IMG/VR virus record: IMGVR_UViG_3300037067_014663
Source of the DNA: an uncultured virus (IMG/VR IMGVR_UViG_3300037067_014663)
Taxonomy: Duplodnaviria > Heunggongvirae > Uroviricota > Caudoviricetes
DNA: 20,000 nucleotides
Strand: one strand, 5' to 3'
In this document: positions 1 through 7,498 of the stretch, one piece after another
Layout: the number at the start of each line of letters is the position of its first letter
Numbering within the stretch: the first letter of the stretch is position 1
The notes under the pieces: model-generated
Told to the model about the DNA's origin: nothing
What the model saw: the letters and a program-made list of their open reading frames with translations, nothing else
The model's database searches: none
Made by a program: the position numbers and the translations under genes

Positions 1-1
1 A

Positions 2-256
2 AATGGATTACACCCAACACAAAAACCTATTCTATTGATGGAATTTTTGATAAAAACATATTCCAATGAATGTGAAACAGTATTAGACAATACAATGGGT
101 AGCTGTTCAACGGGAATTGCTTGTGTAAATACCAATAGAAATTTTATTGGAATAGACAATACAAAAAAGTATTTTAATATTTCTTTAAATAGAGTGGAAG
201 AAAAAAGAAAAGAAAAAGAATTTACAGTAGTAACTTCATTCGGAGATGGGGTGTAG
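2..256 (+). CDS. DNA methyltransferase (N6/N4 MTase family), C-terminal part, truncated by window start
   Basis: Frame open from base 2: NGLHPTQKPILLMEFLIKTYSNECETVLDNTMGSCSTG...NRNFIGID. HPTQKP and the VLDxxMGSxSTG SAM-binding motif are typical of this family. Confidence 0.92.
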   Translation, partial: NGLHPTQKPILLMEFLIKTYSNECETVLDNTMGSCSTGIACVNTNRNFIGIDNTKKYFNISLNRVEEKRKEKEFTVVTSFGDGV

Positions 257-262
257 TATTAC

Positions 263-357
263 TGCTAACGTTGGCAATATGGCATCGAAAGCCAACCCCA
301 ACCTACGCTACAACGCATTGCCTTAATTTGGCTTTTGTGCTATATTGCGTGTTAGTG
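263..357. repeat. attC-like imperfect inverted repeat (site A)
   Basis: CTAAC(265-269)/GTTAG(351-355); GCAATATGGCA(274-284)/TGCTATATTGC(338-348); AAAGCCAA(288-295)/TTGGCTTT(328-335). Confidence 0.75.
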
Positions 358-395
358 TTTGTTATTATTTTTGTAAACAATTTAAAATTAAAAAT

Positions 396-611
396 ATGTG
401 TATAATTTGCTCTGACCCAGACCTTGGACAACAATACCTCAATGCTATTGATAGCGCGAGGTGTCATCTAAAAATTGCCGAAGATGCACTTTTTAAATTG
501 GGTAAAAAATATCCAAAAAGTAATTACGATTCATGTCATAAAAAGTTAGTAAAAATCAGAAAGTCTATTAATGAAGTAGAAGAACGTCGGGAGTCTAATA
601 ATAAACACTAA
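396..611 (+). CDS. hypothetical protein (71 aa, N-terminal CxxC)
   Basis: ATG at 396 after an A-rich leader (MCIICSDPD...). The TTG start at 345 lies inside the hairpin. Confidence 0.65.
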   Translation: MCIICSDPDLGQQYLNAIDSARCHLKIAEDALFKLGKKYPKSNYDSCHKKLVKIRKSINEVEERRESNNKH

Positions 612-632
612 ACTATCAAAATATAACGACTT

Positions 633-947
633 ATGAACAAAGAACAAAACTCGAATGAACCACAAAAACAGCAATTAAATATAGCTAGTGTCAGTGGTAG
701 TAGTAATTTAGCGTTGGAGAAAGCACAAGAAATGATGTTGCTTCCAATAAAAGATTTACCTAAAGAAGCAATAGAATATTTAAAGTTTCTTTCAAGTAAA
801 GTAGGAATGTGCATGGAAGTTTGCTTAACTGCTTATTGCGCATATAATCAAGCTGTTTTAAATATGCCATGTGATGATGCTTTATATATTTTACAAGATA
901 CAGAGGATGGTCGTAAATGGTTTGTGGCAATGGGTTATTGTCACTAA
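633..947 (+). CDS. hypothetical protein (cassette-like ORF)
   Basis: 104 aa. N-terminal QQLNIASVSGS is encoded by a right-arm-like sequence, and the TAA stop overlaps CACTAAC (942-948). Confidence 0.7.
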   Translation: MNKEQNSNEPQKQQLNIASVSGSSNLALEKAQEMMLLPIKDLPKEAIEYLKFLSSKVGMCMEVCLTAYCAYNQAVLNMPCDDALYILQDTEDGRKWFVAMGYCH

Positions 948-982
948 CAGTGGCATTCGTTGCAGATTTAAAAAGATAAATT

Positions 983-1135
983 ATGATTGAAAGAACAACA
1001 CCAGAAAACATTAATAGCCTTATACATGAACCAGCTTATAAAGAACTGCACTGCAAGAAAAAGAAAATATTTATTGACCCACAACCACCAGAAGACCAAG
1101 TTAAAGAATGTGACGGTTTTGAACCTTGCAGTTAA
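983..1135 (+). CDS. small hypothetical protein (50 aa), possibly a chimeric remnant
   Basis: MIERTTPENINSLIHEPAY...GFEPCS*. Not in the ORF track. The TAA stop is the TAAC of site B. Confidence 0.5.
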   Translation: MIERTTPENINSLIHEPAYKELHCKKKKIFIDPQPPEDQVKECDGFEPCS

Positions 1136-1260
1136 CGGTCACAGATATACGTAGTTTTTTTCTTAAATTGGAACACAAAAATTAAATAATATGAATACAG
1201 AAAATAAAAGCACAGACGTTGGTAACACAGATAAAAAATTACGTATATCTGATGTTAGAG
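1130..1260. repeat. attC-like imperfect inverted repeat (site B)
   Basis: TAAC(1133-1136)/GTTA(1254-1257); CAGATATACGTAGTTTTTT vs AAAAAATTACGTATATCTG pair 18/19 plus one G-T. Confidence 0.78.
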
Positions 1261-1424
1261 AACGTTTATGTCTGGGTAATTTCATAATAAACAGACCTGA
1301 AGAATGGGATTTAGAAACTGTAAAATTAGAAATACGAGATTATGACTATGATTCAACATCAATTAGTATAGAAGACCTTAGATTACTACACACTTACATA
1401 GGTGAGATTTTAAATGCACGCTAA
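1191..1424 (+). CDS. hypothetical protein starting inside the loop of site B
   Basis: 77 aa. KKLRISDVRE is encoded by the right arm, and the stop overlaps CGCTAAC (1419-1425). Confidence 0.7.
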   Translation: MNTENKSTDVGNTDKKLRISDVRERLCLGNFIINRPEEWDLETVKLEIRDYDYDSTSISIEDLRLLHTYIGEILNAR

Positions 1425-1492
1425 CGGTTTGCATAGCAATCAATATAGGCAATCGGTTTTTATTTAAAATTTTTACTAAAAACTAAAATAAG

Positions 1493-1600
1493 ATGAATGA
1501 TAATTTAAAATTCAGAGGCAAATCGTTAGAAAACAATCAATGGGGTTCTTTTCTTAACAGTTTTGAAAAAACTGAGGAGCGTGGGCAAAAAATTAAATAA
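1493..1600 (+). pseudogene. YopX-like N-terminal fragment (35 aa)
   Basis: MNDNLKFRGKSLENNQWG resembles the KFRGK...W start of phage YopX proteins, then the similarity ends. Confidence 0.4.
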
Positions 1601-1646
1601 AAAAGATTTATTAAGCACTAACCTTGCTACGAAGAAAGGCTATTGC

Positions 1647-1763
1647 ACACAACGGTGAGTATAACAAACGTTTAACGAACTTTAGATTGAAACAAATAAC
1701 TTAAATATTAATTACCGACCTTAAAAATAACTACCGACAAATGTTTGTTATACATTATTATAG
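1647..1763. repeat. attC-like imperfect inverted repeat (site C, degenerate right core)
   Basis: ACACAAC...GTATAACAAACGTTT vs AAATGTTTGTTATAC (14/15 plus one G-T). The right core reads ATTATAG instead of GTTATAG. Confidence 0.65.
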
Positions 1764-1795
1764 TGAGTTTTTAAGTGAGGGCAAAACGAAATAAA

Positions 1796-2056
1796 ATGCA
1801 GGAAATTAAATTATCAGAAGAAATTGCAATGTTAGAAGAAAAGTACCTAAAAAGTGAAAGAGAGCTTGGGGAACTTATTGCTACAATGTGGGTAAACTTT
1901 GATGGTAAAATAGGTGATAAAGTGTTAACATCTGAAGACAGGCCCAAGCGTGCGAGCCAATTATTTATTAAAATATGTGAACACTATATAGATAAGATAA
2001 AGGAACTAGAAGAAAAGATACCTTCAAGGCCTGTAACAACCGGTGGGTATATGTGA
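1796..2056 (+). CDS. hypothetical protein (86 aa)
   Basis: ATG at 1796 preferred over GTG at 1775. The ORF ends inside the left arm of site D. Confidence 0.65.
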   Translation: MQEIKLSEEIAMLEEKYLKSERELGELIATMWVNFDGKIGDKVLTSEDRPKRASQLFIKICEHYIDKIKELEEKIPSRPVTTGGYM

Positions 2057-2126
2057 TGTGCGCCCACTATGAAATTAAATAACAGCACTACACTAACAGG
2101 CGCATGGCATATATACCGTGTTATAC
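2034..2126. repeat. attC-like imperfect inverted repeat (site D)
   Basis: TAACAAC..GGTATATGTGATGTGCGCC vs GGCGCATGGCATATATACC..GTTATAC(2120-2126). Mismatches are mostly G-T. Confidence 0.72.
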
Positions 2127-2196
2127 GCTTTTAATTTTTATAAAATGGAAAAACCGAAATACAGCACGTATTATCATTTGTTTTTTATTACTGATT

Positions 2197-2448
2197 ATGA
2201 ATACTTACAATAAAAGAACTTGGCTAAATAAAGAAGATTCACCTTCGCTTGGAAGCGTTGTTGCATTTGATTGCGATATTAGATATTCAGAAGGAAGTGA
2301 AAGAACTATTTTTTTGGCAATATCAGATTGTAATCGTACTGTGAAAATTATTAAAAATACTGAAAATATTGAAGAATATATTAATAAATTAAAGTTGTTA
2401 AAATCAGAAATTGAATTATTTATAAATCATTTAAACCAAACAAAATGA
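2197..2448 (+). CDS. hypothetical protein (83 aa)
   Basis: ATG in the ATTATG context used across this window (MNTYNKRTWL...). The alternative start at 2104 lies in the hairpin arm. Confidence 0.65.
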   Translation: MNTYNKRTWLNKEDSPSLGSVVAFDCDIRYSEGSERTIFLAISDCNRTVKIIKNTENIEEYINKLKLLKSEIELFINHLNQTK

Positions 2449-2849
2449 TAAAAATATTAAGTATTAAGGGAATAAAAAAAGGGAACATAGTCACAAGAGT
2501 ATACCCAGCTAATGGTTATTCCGGTGACAGTTCGTATATTGGAATGAAGATGGAGCTAATTAAACTTACTAAAACTGAAATAATTTTAAAGAGCTTAGAA
2601 GGTAAAGAAAACGACCAAATATATCTTTCTTTAAAAAATTGGGAGTTTGGATGGGTACAATATAAATTGTCTGGCGATGAAAAATATAAAAAATCTAAAT
2701 ATTCCGAACGTAGAGGACAATTGAGAGTTCAATATGTTTATTTAGGGTTTGAATTAGATAAATTAAGGGGAAGAAATTATCCCGATGACAAGTTTGGCGA
2801 TTATCTTATGATATGTCGTTATTTAGAAGAATATGGATACAGTTGTTGA
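2445..2849 (+). CDS. hypothetical protein
   Basis: 134 aa, ATGA-coupled to the upstream ORF. Confidence 0.7.
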   Translation: MIKILSIKGIKKGNIVTRVYPANGYSGDSSYIGMKMELIKLTKTEIILKSLEGKENDQIYLSLKNWEFGWVQYKLSGDEKYKKSKYSERRGQLRVQYVYLGFELDKLRGRNYPDDKFGDYLMICRYLEEYGYSC

Positions 2850-2931
2850 TAAAAATGGCATGTTATGTATCTGGCGCATTTTCAGGCACATAGCACGATA
2901 CGAAGCAAGGTAATCTTATTATTTTTTTAGG

Positions 2932-3225
2932 GTGGGTATTTTTTCTTTAAAATTATTTGTTTATTACGAAGTTGGCGGGCGTGGTTCTGGAAAATATAGA
3001 AAGTTTCTTGAATCAACAACAGTTTTATTGTTAAAAAACGAGACTATTTTTATTGCTGCAAGAGATGAAGAACACGGATTTGATGTCTATTCAGATTTAA
3101 AAGCGATGGGGTTAGAAAAATTAACCTTTAAACATGCTTATAGAAAAGAGCCAATGTATTCAAAAGAACCTGATTTTAAATACATTGAAAAATATGCTGG
3201 TACTCGCGTGTGGTTGGTTAAATAG
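2932..3225 (+). CDS. hypothetical protein or fragment with a GGRGSGK P-loop-like motif
   Basis: Start uncertain (GTG). Followed by CACTAAC (3227-3233). Confidence 0.45.
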   Translation: MGIFSLKLFVYYEVGGRGSGKYRKFLESTTVLLLKNETIFIAARDEEHGFDVYSDLKAMGLEKLTFKHAYRKEPMYSKEPDFKYIEKYAGTRVWLVK

Positions 3226-3440
3226 CCACTAACTACTATATATAAAAACTAACCTATAATTATATGGAAATCAATAAAAAGCACGATGGAATTTTAAATA
3301 TTTACATACAAAAACTTAATTATTTTTATTATACCGATAAAACAACCAAAATACATACACATGTTAGCATGACCCAATTAAACAAAATACAATTACCAAT
3401 ATAAATTTTAGCCTTTTTAGTATTAACTAAAAACGTAAAT

Positions 3441-5423
3441 ATGAAGAAAATAGGGATAGTATTGATAATGATTTTATTATCATCAAAATTATTTGCTCCT
3501 AATGATGTGCGTTCAACATCAAAAAATTGGAAAATAGAATACAAACAAATAATTAAAGAACAAACAAATGTATTATTGATAGAAATAAAATCAATAGAGA
3601 CTTGGCATGATTCATTAAATTACAAAAAAGGAAACCCATACAAAAAAGTAAATTCAATTGGGGCAATGGGTGGTTGGCAACACATGCCAGGAACCCTTCG
3701 ATGGTTAGGTTATCGTGATTCTACTTTTAAACGTTTTTTGAATAGCAAAGAATTGCAAAAAAAATATGCAATTAAATTATTAATTTCAAATTTGCATCAA
3801 TTAACAGTAAGAAGTAAGAAATATAATCTAACACCAATAGATTACATTGGAATGCGAATAGACACAATTGAAGTTACTTTATCTGGTTTATTGGGGGCTT
3901 CATGGATTGCCGGAGTTGGTGGGGTGCAAAGATTGCTTGCAAGAGGACACAATGCTTCGGATGGCAATATGACAACAAAAGATTATTTATATAAATTCAG
4001 AAATATTATGAATATTAATCCAAAAACAAAAGAAGCTTACGAATTGATGCATCAAGGAATTTTGGCTTTAGCCAGGGCAGAACAACAAGGAATTCGTGTA
4101 GATGTTCCATACGTTGAAAGAAAAATGCAATTTTTAACCCGGAGAATTCATCGTTTAGAAGCAGATTTTAAAGACACACAATTTTACAAAGATTGGGAAA
4201 AAGCAACACCCCCCGGAAAACTGAATATTAATTCTCCCACACAACTTAGTAATTTTCTTTATAAAGTAAAAGGAATTACACCGCCTAAATTTACTAAAAG
4301 CAGCACTGATGAAAATCCAAAGGGGAGTTCAGATAAGGAAACATTAATCCAATTAAATATACCTGAGCTTAATTTGTTAATTGAACGGGATAAACTAATC
4401 CGTTTACGTGATGTTAATTTAGATGGATATATGCGAGAACAGGTAAACGGATATATCCATCCGTTTTTTAATCTACATCTTGCAAGAACATATAGATCAA
4501 GCAGTTCCAATCCAAACTTTCAAAATATACCTATCAGAGACGAAGAGAGTATGCAAATATGTCGGGGGGCATTATATCCCCGTCCGGGACATCAGCTTTT
4601 AGAGATTGATTTCGGATCATTAGAGGTACGTGTTGCAGCATGTTATCATAAGGACCCAACTATGTTAGAATATATTAACAATCCAAAATCTGACATGCAT
4701 ACAGATATGGCAAAACAAATCTTTATGTTAGATAAATTAGATAAAAGCATTTCTTCACACAACATACTTCGGCAAGCAGCAAAAAATGGATTTGTATTTC
4801 CACAGTTTTATGGGGATTATTTTAAAAACTGTGCTGAAAATATGGCTATAACCTGGGGCAAATTACCAAAAAGTAGATGGAAACCAGGTCAGGGGATTCA
4901 AATAGAGGAAGGTTGCTATTTATCAGATCACTTAATAGCACAAGGAATAAAATCTTTTGATAAGTTTACAAATCATTTAGAAGATATTGAACATGATTTT
5001 TGGAATAATCGTTTTCCTGTGTATGCTCAATGGAAAGAAGATTTTTATGAAGAATATCAAAAACAAGGTTATGTTGATATGTTTACTGGGTTTCGTTGTA
5101 GTGGTGTTATGCGAAAGAATGAAGTTATTAATTCACCAATTCAGGGAGCAGCTTTCCATTGTTTATTATTTTCATTTATTGAATTGGATAAGGTACAACA
5201 TAAACAGGAATGGGATTCAAAATTAATCGGTCAAATACATGATTCTGCAATGATTGATTGTAATCCTTCCGAACTGCAACATGTGGCTAAAGTAGCAAAA
5301 AGGATTACTTGTGAACTTCTTCCAAAAACGTGGGATTGGATTATTGTTCCACTTGATATTGATATGGCTGTAAGTTCGGTTGATAAATCGTGGGCAGAAA
5401 AAGAAAAATTTAAAATAGGATAA
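3441..5423 (+). CDS. in-frame fusion of signal peptide + lysozyme-like domain (aa 1-189) and family A DNA polymerase domain (aa 190-660)
   Basis: N-terminal MKK plus hydrophobic stretch, IKSIE..VNSIGAMGGWQ..TL..FLNSKELQ..TLSGLLGA. PolA motifs RTYRSSSSNPNFQNIP, DFGSLEVR (A), RQAAKNGFVFPQFYG (B), NSPIQG, QIHDS (C). Confidence 0.85.
   Translation: MKKIGIVLIMILLSSKLFAPNDVRSTSKNWKIEYKQIIKEQTNVLLIEIKSIETWHDSLNYKKGNPYKKVNSIGAMGGWQHMPGTLRWLGYRDSTFKRFLNSKELQKKYAIKLLISNLHQLTVRSKKYNLTPIDYIGMRIDTIEVTLSGLLGASWIAGVGGVQRLLARGHNASDGNMTTKDYLYKFRNIMNINPKTKEAYELMHQGILALARAEQQGIRVDVPYVERKMQFLTRRIHRLEADFKDTQFYKDWEKATPPGKLNINSPTQLSNFLYKVKGITPPKFTKSSTDENPKGSSDKETLIQLNIPELNLLIERDKLIRLRDVNLDGYMREQVNGYIHPFFNLHLARTYRSSSSNPNFQNIPIRDEESMQICRGALYPRPGHQLLEIDFGSLEVRVAACYHKDPTMLEYINNPKSDMHTDMAKQIFMLDKLDKSISSHNILRQAAKNGFVFPQFYGDYFKNCAENMAITWGKLPKSRWKPGQGIQIEEGCYLSDHLIAQGIKSFDKFTNHLEDIEHDFWNNRFPVYAQWKEDFYEEYQKQGYVDMFTGFRCSGVMRKNEVINSPIQGAAFHCLLFSFIELDKVQHKQEWDSKLIGQIHDSAMIDCNPSELQHVAKVAKRITCELLPKTWDWIIVPLDIDMAVSSVDKSWAEKEKFKIG
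4008..5423 (+). CDS. polA: DNA polymerase family A, polymerase-only subunit (probable internal start)
   Basis: ATG at 4008 in AAATATTATG context gives 471 aa with all polymerase motifs and no 3'-5' exonuclease domain. Confidence 0.75.
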   Translation: MNINPKTKEAYELMHQGILALARAEQQGIRVDVPYVERKMQFLTRRIHRLEADFKDTQFYKDWEKATPPGKLNINSPTQLSNFLYKVKGITPPKFTKSSTDENPKGSSDKETLIQLNIPELNLLIERDKLIRLRDVNLDGYMREQVNGYIHPFFNLHLARTYRSSSSNPNFQNIPIRDEESMQICRGALYPRPGHQLLEIDFGSLEVRVAACYHKDPTMLEYINNPKSDMHTDMAKQIFMLDKLDKSISSHNILRQAAKNGFVFPQFYGDYFKNCAENMAITWGKLPKSRWKPGQGIQIEEGCYLSDHLIAQGIKSFDKFTNHLEDIEHDFWNNRFPVYAQWKEDFYEEYQKQGYVDMFTGFRCSGVMRKNEVINSPIQGAAFHCLLFSFIELDKVQHKQEWDSKLIGQIHDSAMIDCNPSELQHVAKVAKRITCELLPKTWDWIIVPLDIDMAVSSVDKSWAEKEKFKIG

Positions 5424-5425
5424 TT

Positions 5426-6187
5426 ATGAATGAATTAGTAAAGATTACAGAACAAGATGGACAACAATTAGTGTCCGCACGTGAACTACATGAATTTCTT
5501 GAAAGTGAAAGACAATTTGGTAATTGGATTCAACAACGAATTGATAAGTATGGGTTCATTGAGAATCAGGATTATATTTGCTTTAACAAATTTGTTAAAG
5601 CAGAAAAGTATGGTAATAAAACACTGAAAGAATATGCCATTACAATTGATATGGCTAAAGAACTTGCAATGGTTGAGGGGAATGAAAAAGGAAAACAAGC
5701 TCGCAGATATTTCATTGAAATTGAAAAGAAATATAAACAAAATATACTTTCCACACCAATAAACCAATCATATTTGGATTTGGTAGAAATGATTTTAAAA
5801 ACTCTGCGGGATCAGGAAATTGCAATGAAGAAATTAGACGCTCGTATAAATCAAATTGAGTTTGTACAAAATACAGCACGAAAACAATTAGAATATTTTC
5901 CAAAACCAATTGTAAAACCCCGAAATAAAACAGGAAGACAAATTCTTGTGCAATTTGTAAATTCAATTGTAAGAAGGGATAATTTATTCCCCAGAAGTGT
6001 ATGGATCAAATTATATGAAGAATTCTGTTGTCGTTATCGTAAAAATATACGGAGGCGAGCAAATAATTTAGGAATTTCTCAACTTGATTGGATTGAACAA
6101 TTTGATTATATTGATGAATTATACGCGATAGCTGTTGAATTGTTTCAAAATAAATGGGATATTAAAGTGCATAGAAAGAATCATTAA
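5426..6187 (+). CDS. AntA/AntB family phage antirepressor
   Basis: VSARELHEFLE..FGNWIQQRIDKYGFIENQDY..EYAITIDMAKELAMVE.NEKGKQARRYFIEIEK. Confidence 0.92.
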   Translation: MNELVKITEQDGQQLVSARELHEFLESERQFGNWIQQRIDKYGFIENQDYICFNKFVKAEKYGNKTLKEYAITIDMAKELAMVEGNEKGKQARRYFIEIEKKYKQNILSTPINQSYLDLVEMILKTLRDQEIAMKKLDARINQIEFVQNTARKQLEYFPKPIVKPRNKTGRQILVQFVNSIVRRDNLFPRSVWIKLYEEFCCRYRKNIRRRANNLGISQLDWIEQFDYIDELYAIAVELFQNKWDIKVHRKNH

Positions 6188-6202
6188 AAAAGACATTCAC
6201 TT

Positions 6203-6559
6203 ATGCAATCTAAAACCAAATGCTCAACTCCTTATTGTCGAAATGATCGAGTAAAAGGAAGAACAAAGTGTTCTAAATGCAATATGCGTTGGCTAAAAGA
6301 ACACCATCTAGACACATACACTTTTAATATACTTCGGTGTAATGCAAAAAGAAGAGGAAAAATTTTTAATATAACGCTTAATCAATTTCGTAAATTTTGT
6401 AAGGAAACTAATTATCTTGAATTAAAAGGCAAAAATGCAAGTAGTGCTTCAATTGATTGTAAAATACCAGAGAAAGGATATAGTTATGAAAATATGCAGA
6501 TTTTAACCCTTGCAGAAAATACGATTAAAGAAAACAAAAGAAGGAAATGTCCTTTTTAA
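6203..6559 (+). CDS. Zn-binding HNH-like endonuclease family protein
   Basis: N-terminal Cys cluster; NAKRRGKIFNIT; SIDCKIPEKGYSYENMQILTLAEN, similar to the SIDRID..KGY..N motif. Confidence 0.6.
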   Translation: MQSKTKCSTPYCRNDRVKGRTKCSKCNMRWLKEHHLDTYTFNILRCNAKRRGKIFNITLNQFRKFCKETNYLELKGKNASSASIDCKIPEKGYSYENMQILTLAENTIKENKRRKCPF

Positions 6560-6570
6560 TTCAAAAAATT

Positions 6571-6593
6571 TTTGTATAATATATTATAACAAA
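6571..6593 (+). promoter_or_regulatory. palindromic promoter/operator-like site
   Basis: TTTG-TATAATATATTATA-ACAAA. A perfect 14-bp palindrome (6575-6588) containing TATAAT sits ~25 bp upstream of 6612. Confidence 0.35.
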
Positions 6594-6611
6594 TATTAAA
6601 ATTTAAAGATT

Positions 6612-7235
6612 ATGGAAAAAATGACAATTCACAGAGGACTTGCAGAATTAAAATTAATTGATGCAAGAATTGAAAAAGGCATTGAAGAAACAACACTCAC
6701 TGGGGTAAAGCAAAAAGGTAAAAAGGTGAATAATATCATTGAAGAAACCGAATTTACCAATAACGCACAATCTGGTTTTGACAGTGTTTTATCACTAATT
6801 AAACGTAAAAATTTAATCAAATGTGCTATTGTAGAAAAGAATGCAAAAACAAGAGTTGCCATTGGTGAAAATGAGATGACTATTGCAGATGCTATCAATT
6901 TTAAAACTTTAATTAAATATAAAAAACAATTTATTGCTAATTTGCACAAAAAGCATTTGACTGTTTTAGCTTGCCTTGAAAAAAACAATGCTATTGCAGA
7001 TCAAAATTTGCAAGCAGTTCTTGTAGCTACATTTGGTAAGGCAGTAAAGACACAGGATACTGATTTGGAAGCAGTACGTAAGCCATTTATGGATTCTAAT
7101 GAATGGCATTTGGTAGATCCATTGAAAATAATTGATAAATTAACTGTTTTAGAAAAAGAAGTATTAACTTTTGAAACTGAAGTTGATGCTGCTTTATCTG
7201 AAATAAACGCAGTAACGTTTATTGAATTTGAATAA
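6612..7235 (+). CDS. helical/coiled-coil protein of unknown function (DIP1984/DUF6847-like, unverified)
   Basis: MEKMTIHRGLAELKLIDARIEK..MTIADAI..LVDPL..FETEVDAALSEINAVTFIEF. Amphipathic helical pattern throughout. Confidence 0.8.
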   Translation: MEKMTIHRGLAELKLIDARIEKGIEETTLTGVKQKGKKVNNIIEETEFTNNAQSGFDSVLSLIKRKNLIKCAIVEKNAKTRVAIGENEMTIADAINFKTLIKYKKQFIANLHKKHLTVLACLEKNNAIADQNLQAVLVATFGKAVKTQDTDLEAVRKPFMDSNEWHLVDPLKIIDKLTVLEKEVLTFETEVDAALSEINAVTFIEFE

Positions 7236-7249
7236 TTAAAAAATAAAGT

Positions 7250-7498
7250 GACTAATTGTACGAAAAACACAAACATAACCTCCCGCTTGAGGATTAGAAA
7301 AGCAACCATGTGCTAAATGGATAAAATAAACAACAGAAAAGTTCAAAGATTAAAATTCAAAGCATAAAGGTTAAATTTTAAAGTTCTTTATAATTAAAGT
7401 TTAAATTACAAAATGTAAAGGTCTTTTAAATCCAGTGAAAAGTTTTATAGGTGGTGGTTATTTGTCCTCGTGTTTTGTATCTGGCTGTACAATTAGTC
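7250..7498 (+). ncRNA. putative structured ncRNA with internal heptad repeats
   Basis: Perfect 12-bp closing stem GACTAATTGTAC(7250-7261)/GTACAATTAGTC(7487-7498), nested stems, 11 AAAnnnn units and a T-run after the 3' end. Confidence 0.65.
7338..7423 (+). repeat. 7-nt periodic repeat (AAAnnnn x7, 9-nt gap, x4)
   Basis: AAAGTTC AAAGATT AAAATTC AAAGCAT AAAGGTT AAATTTT AAAGTTC [TTTATAATT] AAAGTTT AAATTAC AAAATGT AAAGGTC. Confidence 0.85.

Noticed and set aside
2932..3225. Terminase or helicase call from GGRGSGK
   Set aside because: The ORF is too short, lacks S/T after the lysine and has no Walker B; at most a fragment.
3441..5423. Intein or intron in the polymerase
   Set aside because: Polymerase motifs are contiguous with normal spacing, and no intein splice motifs or homing endonuclease insert are visible.
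7338..7423. CRISPR array or simple microsatellite
   Set aside because: Units are 7 nt with only AAA fixed, there are no spacers and no cas genes, and the units are too divergent for recent slippage.
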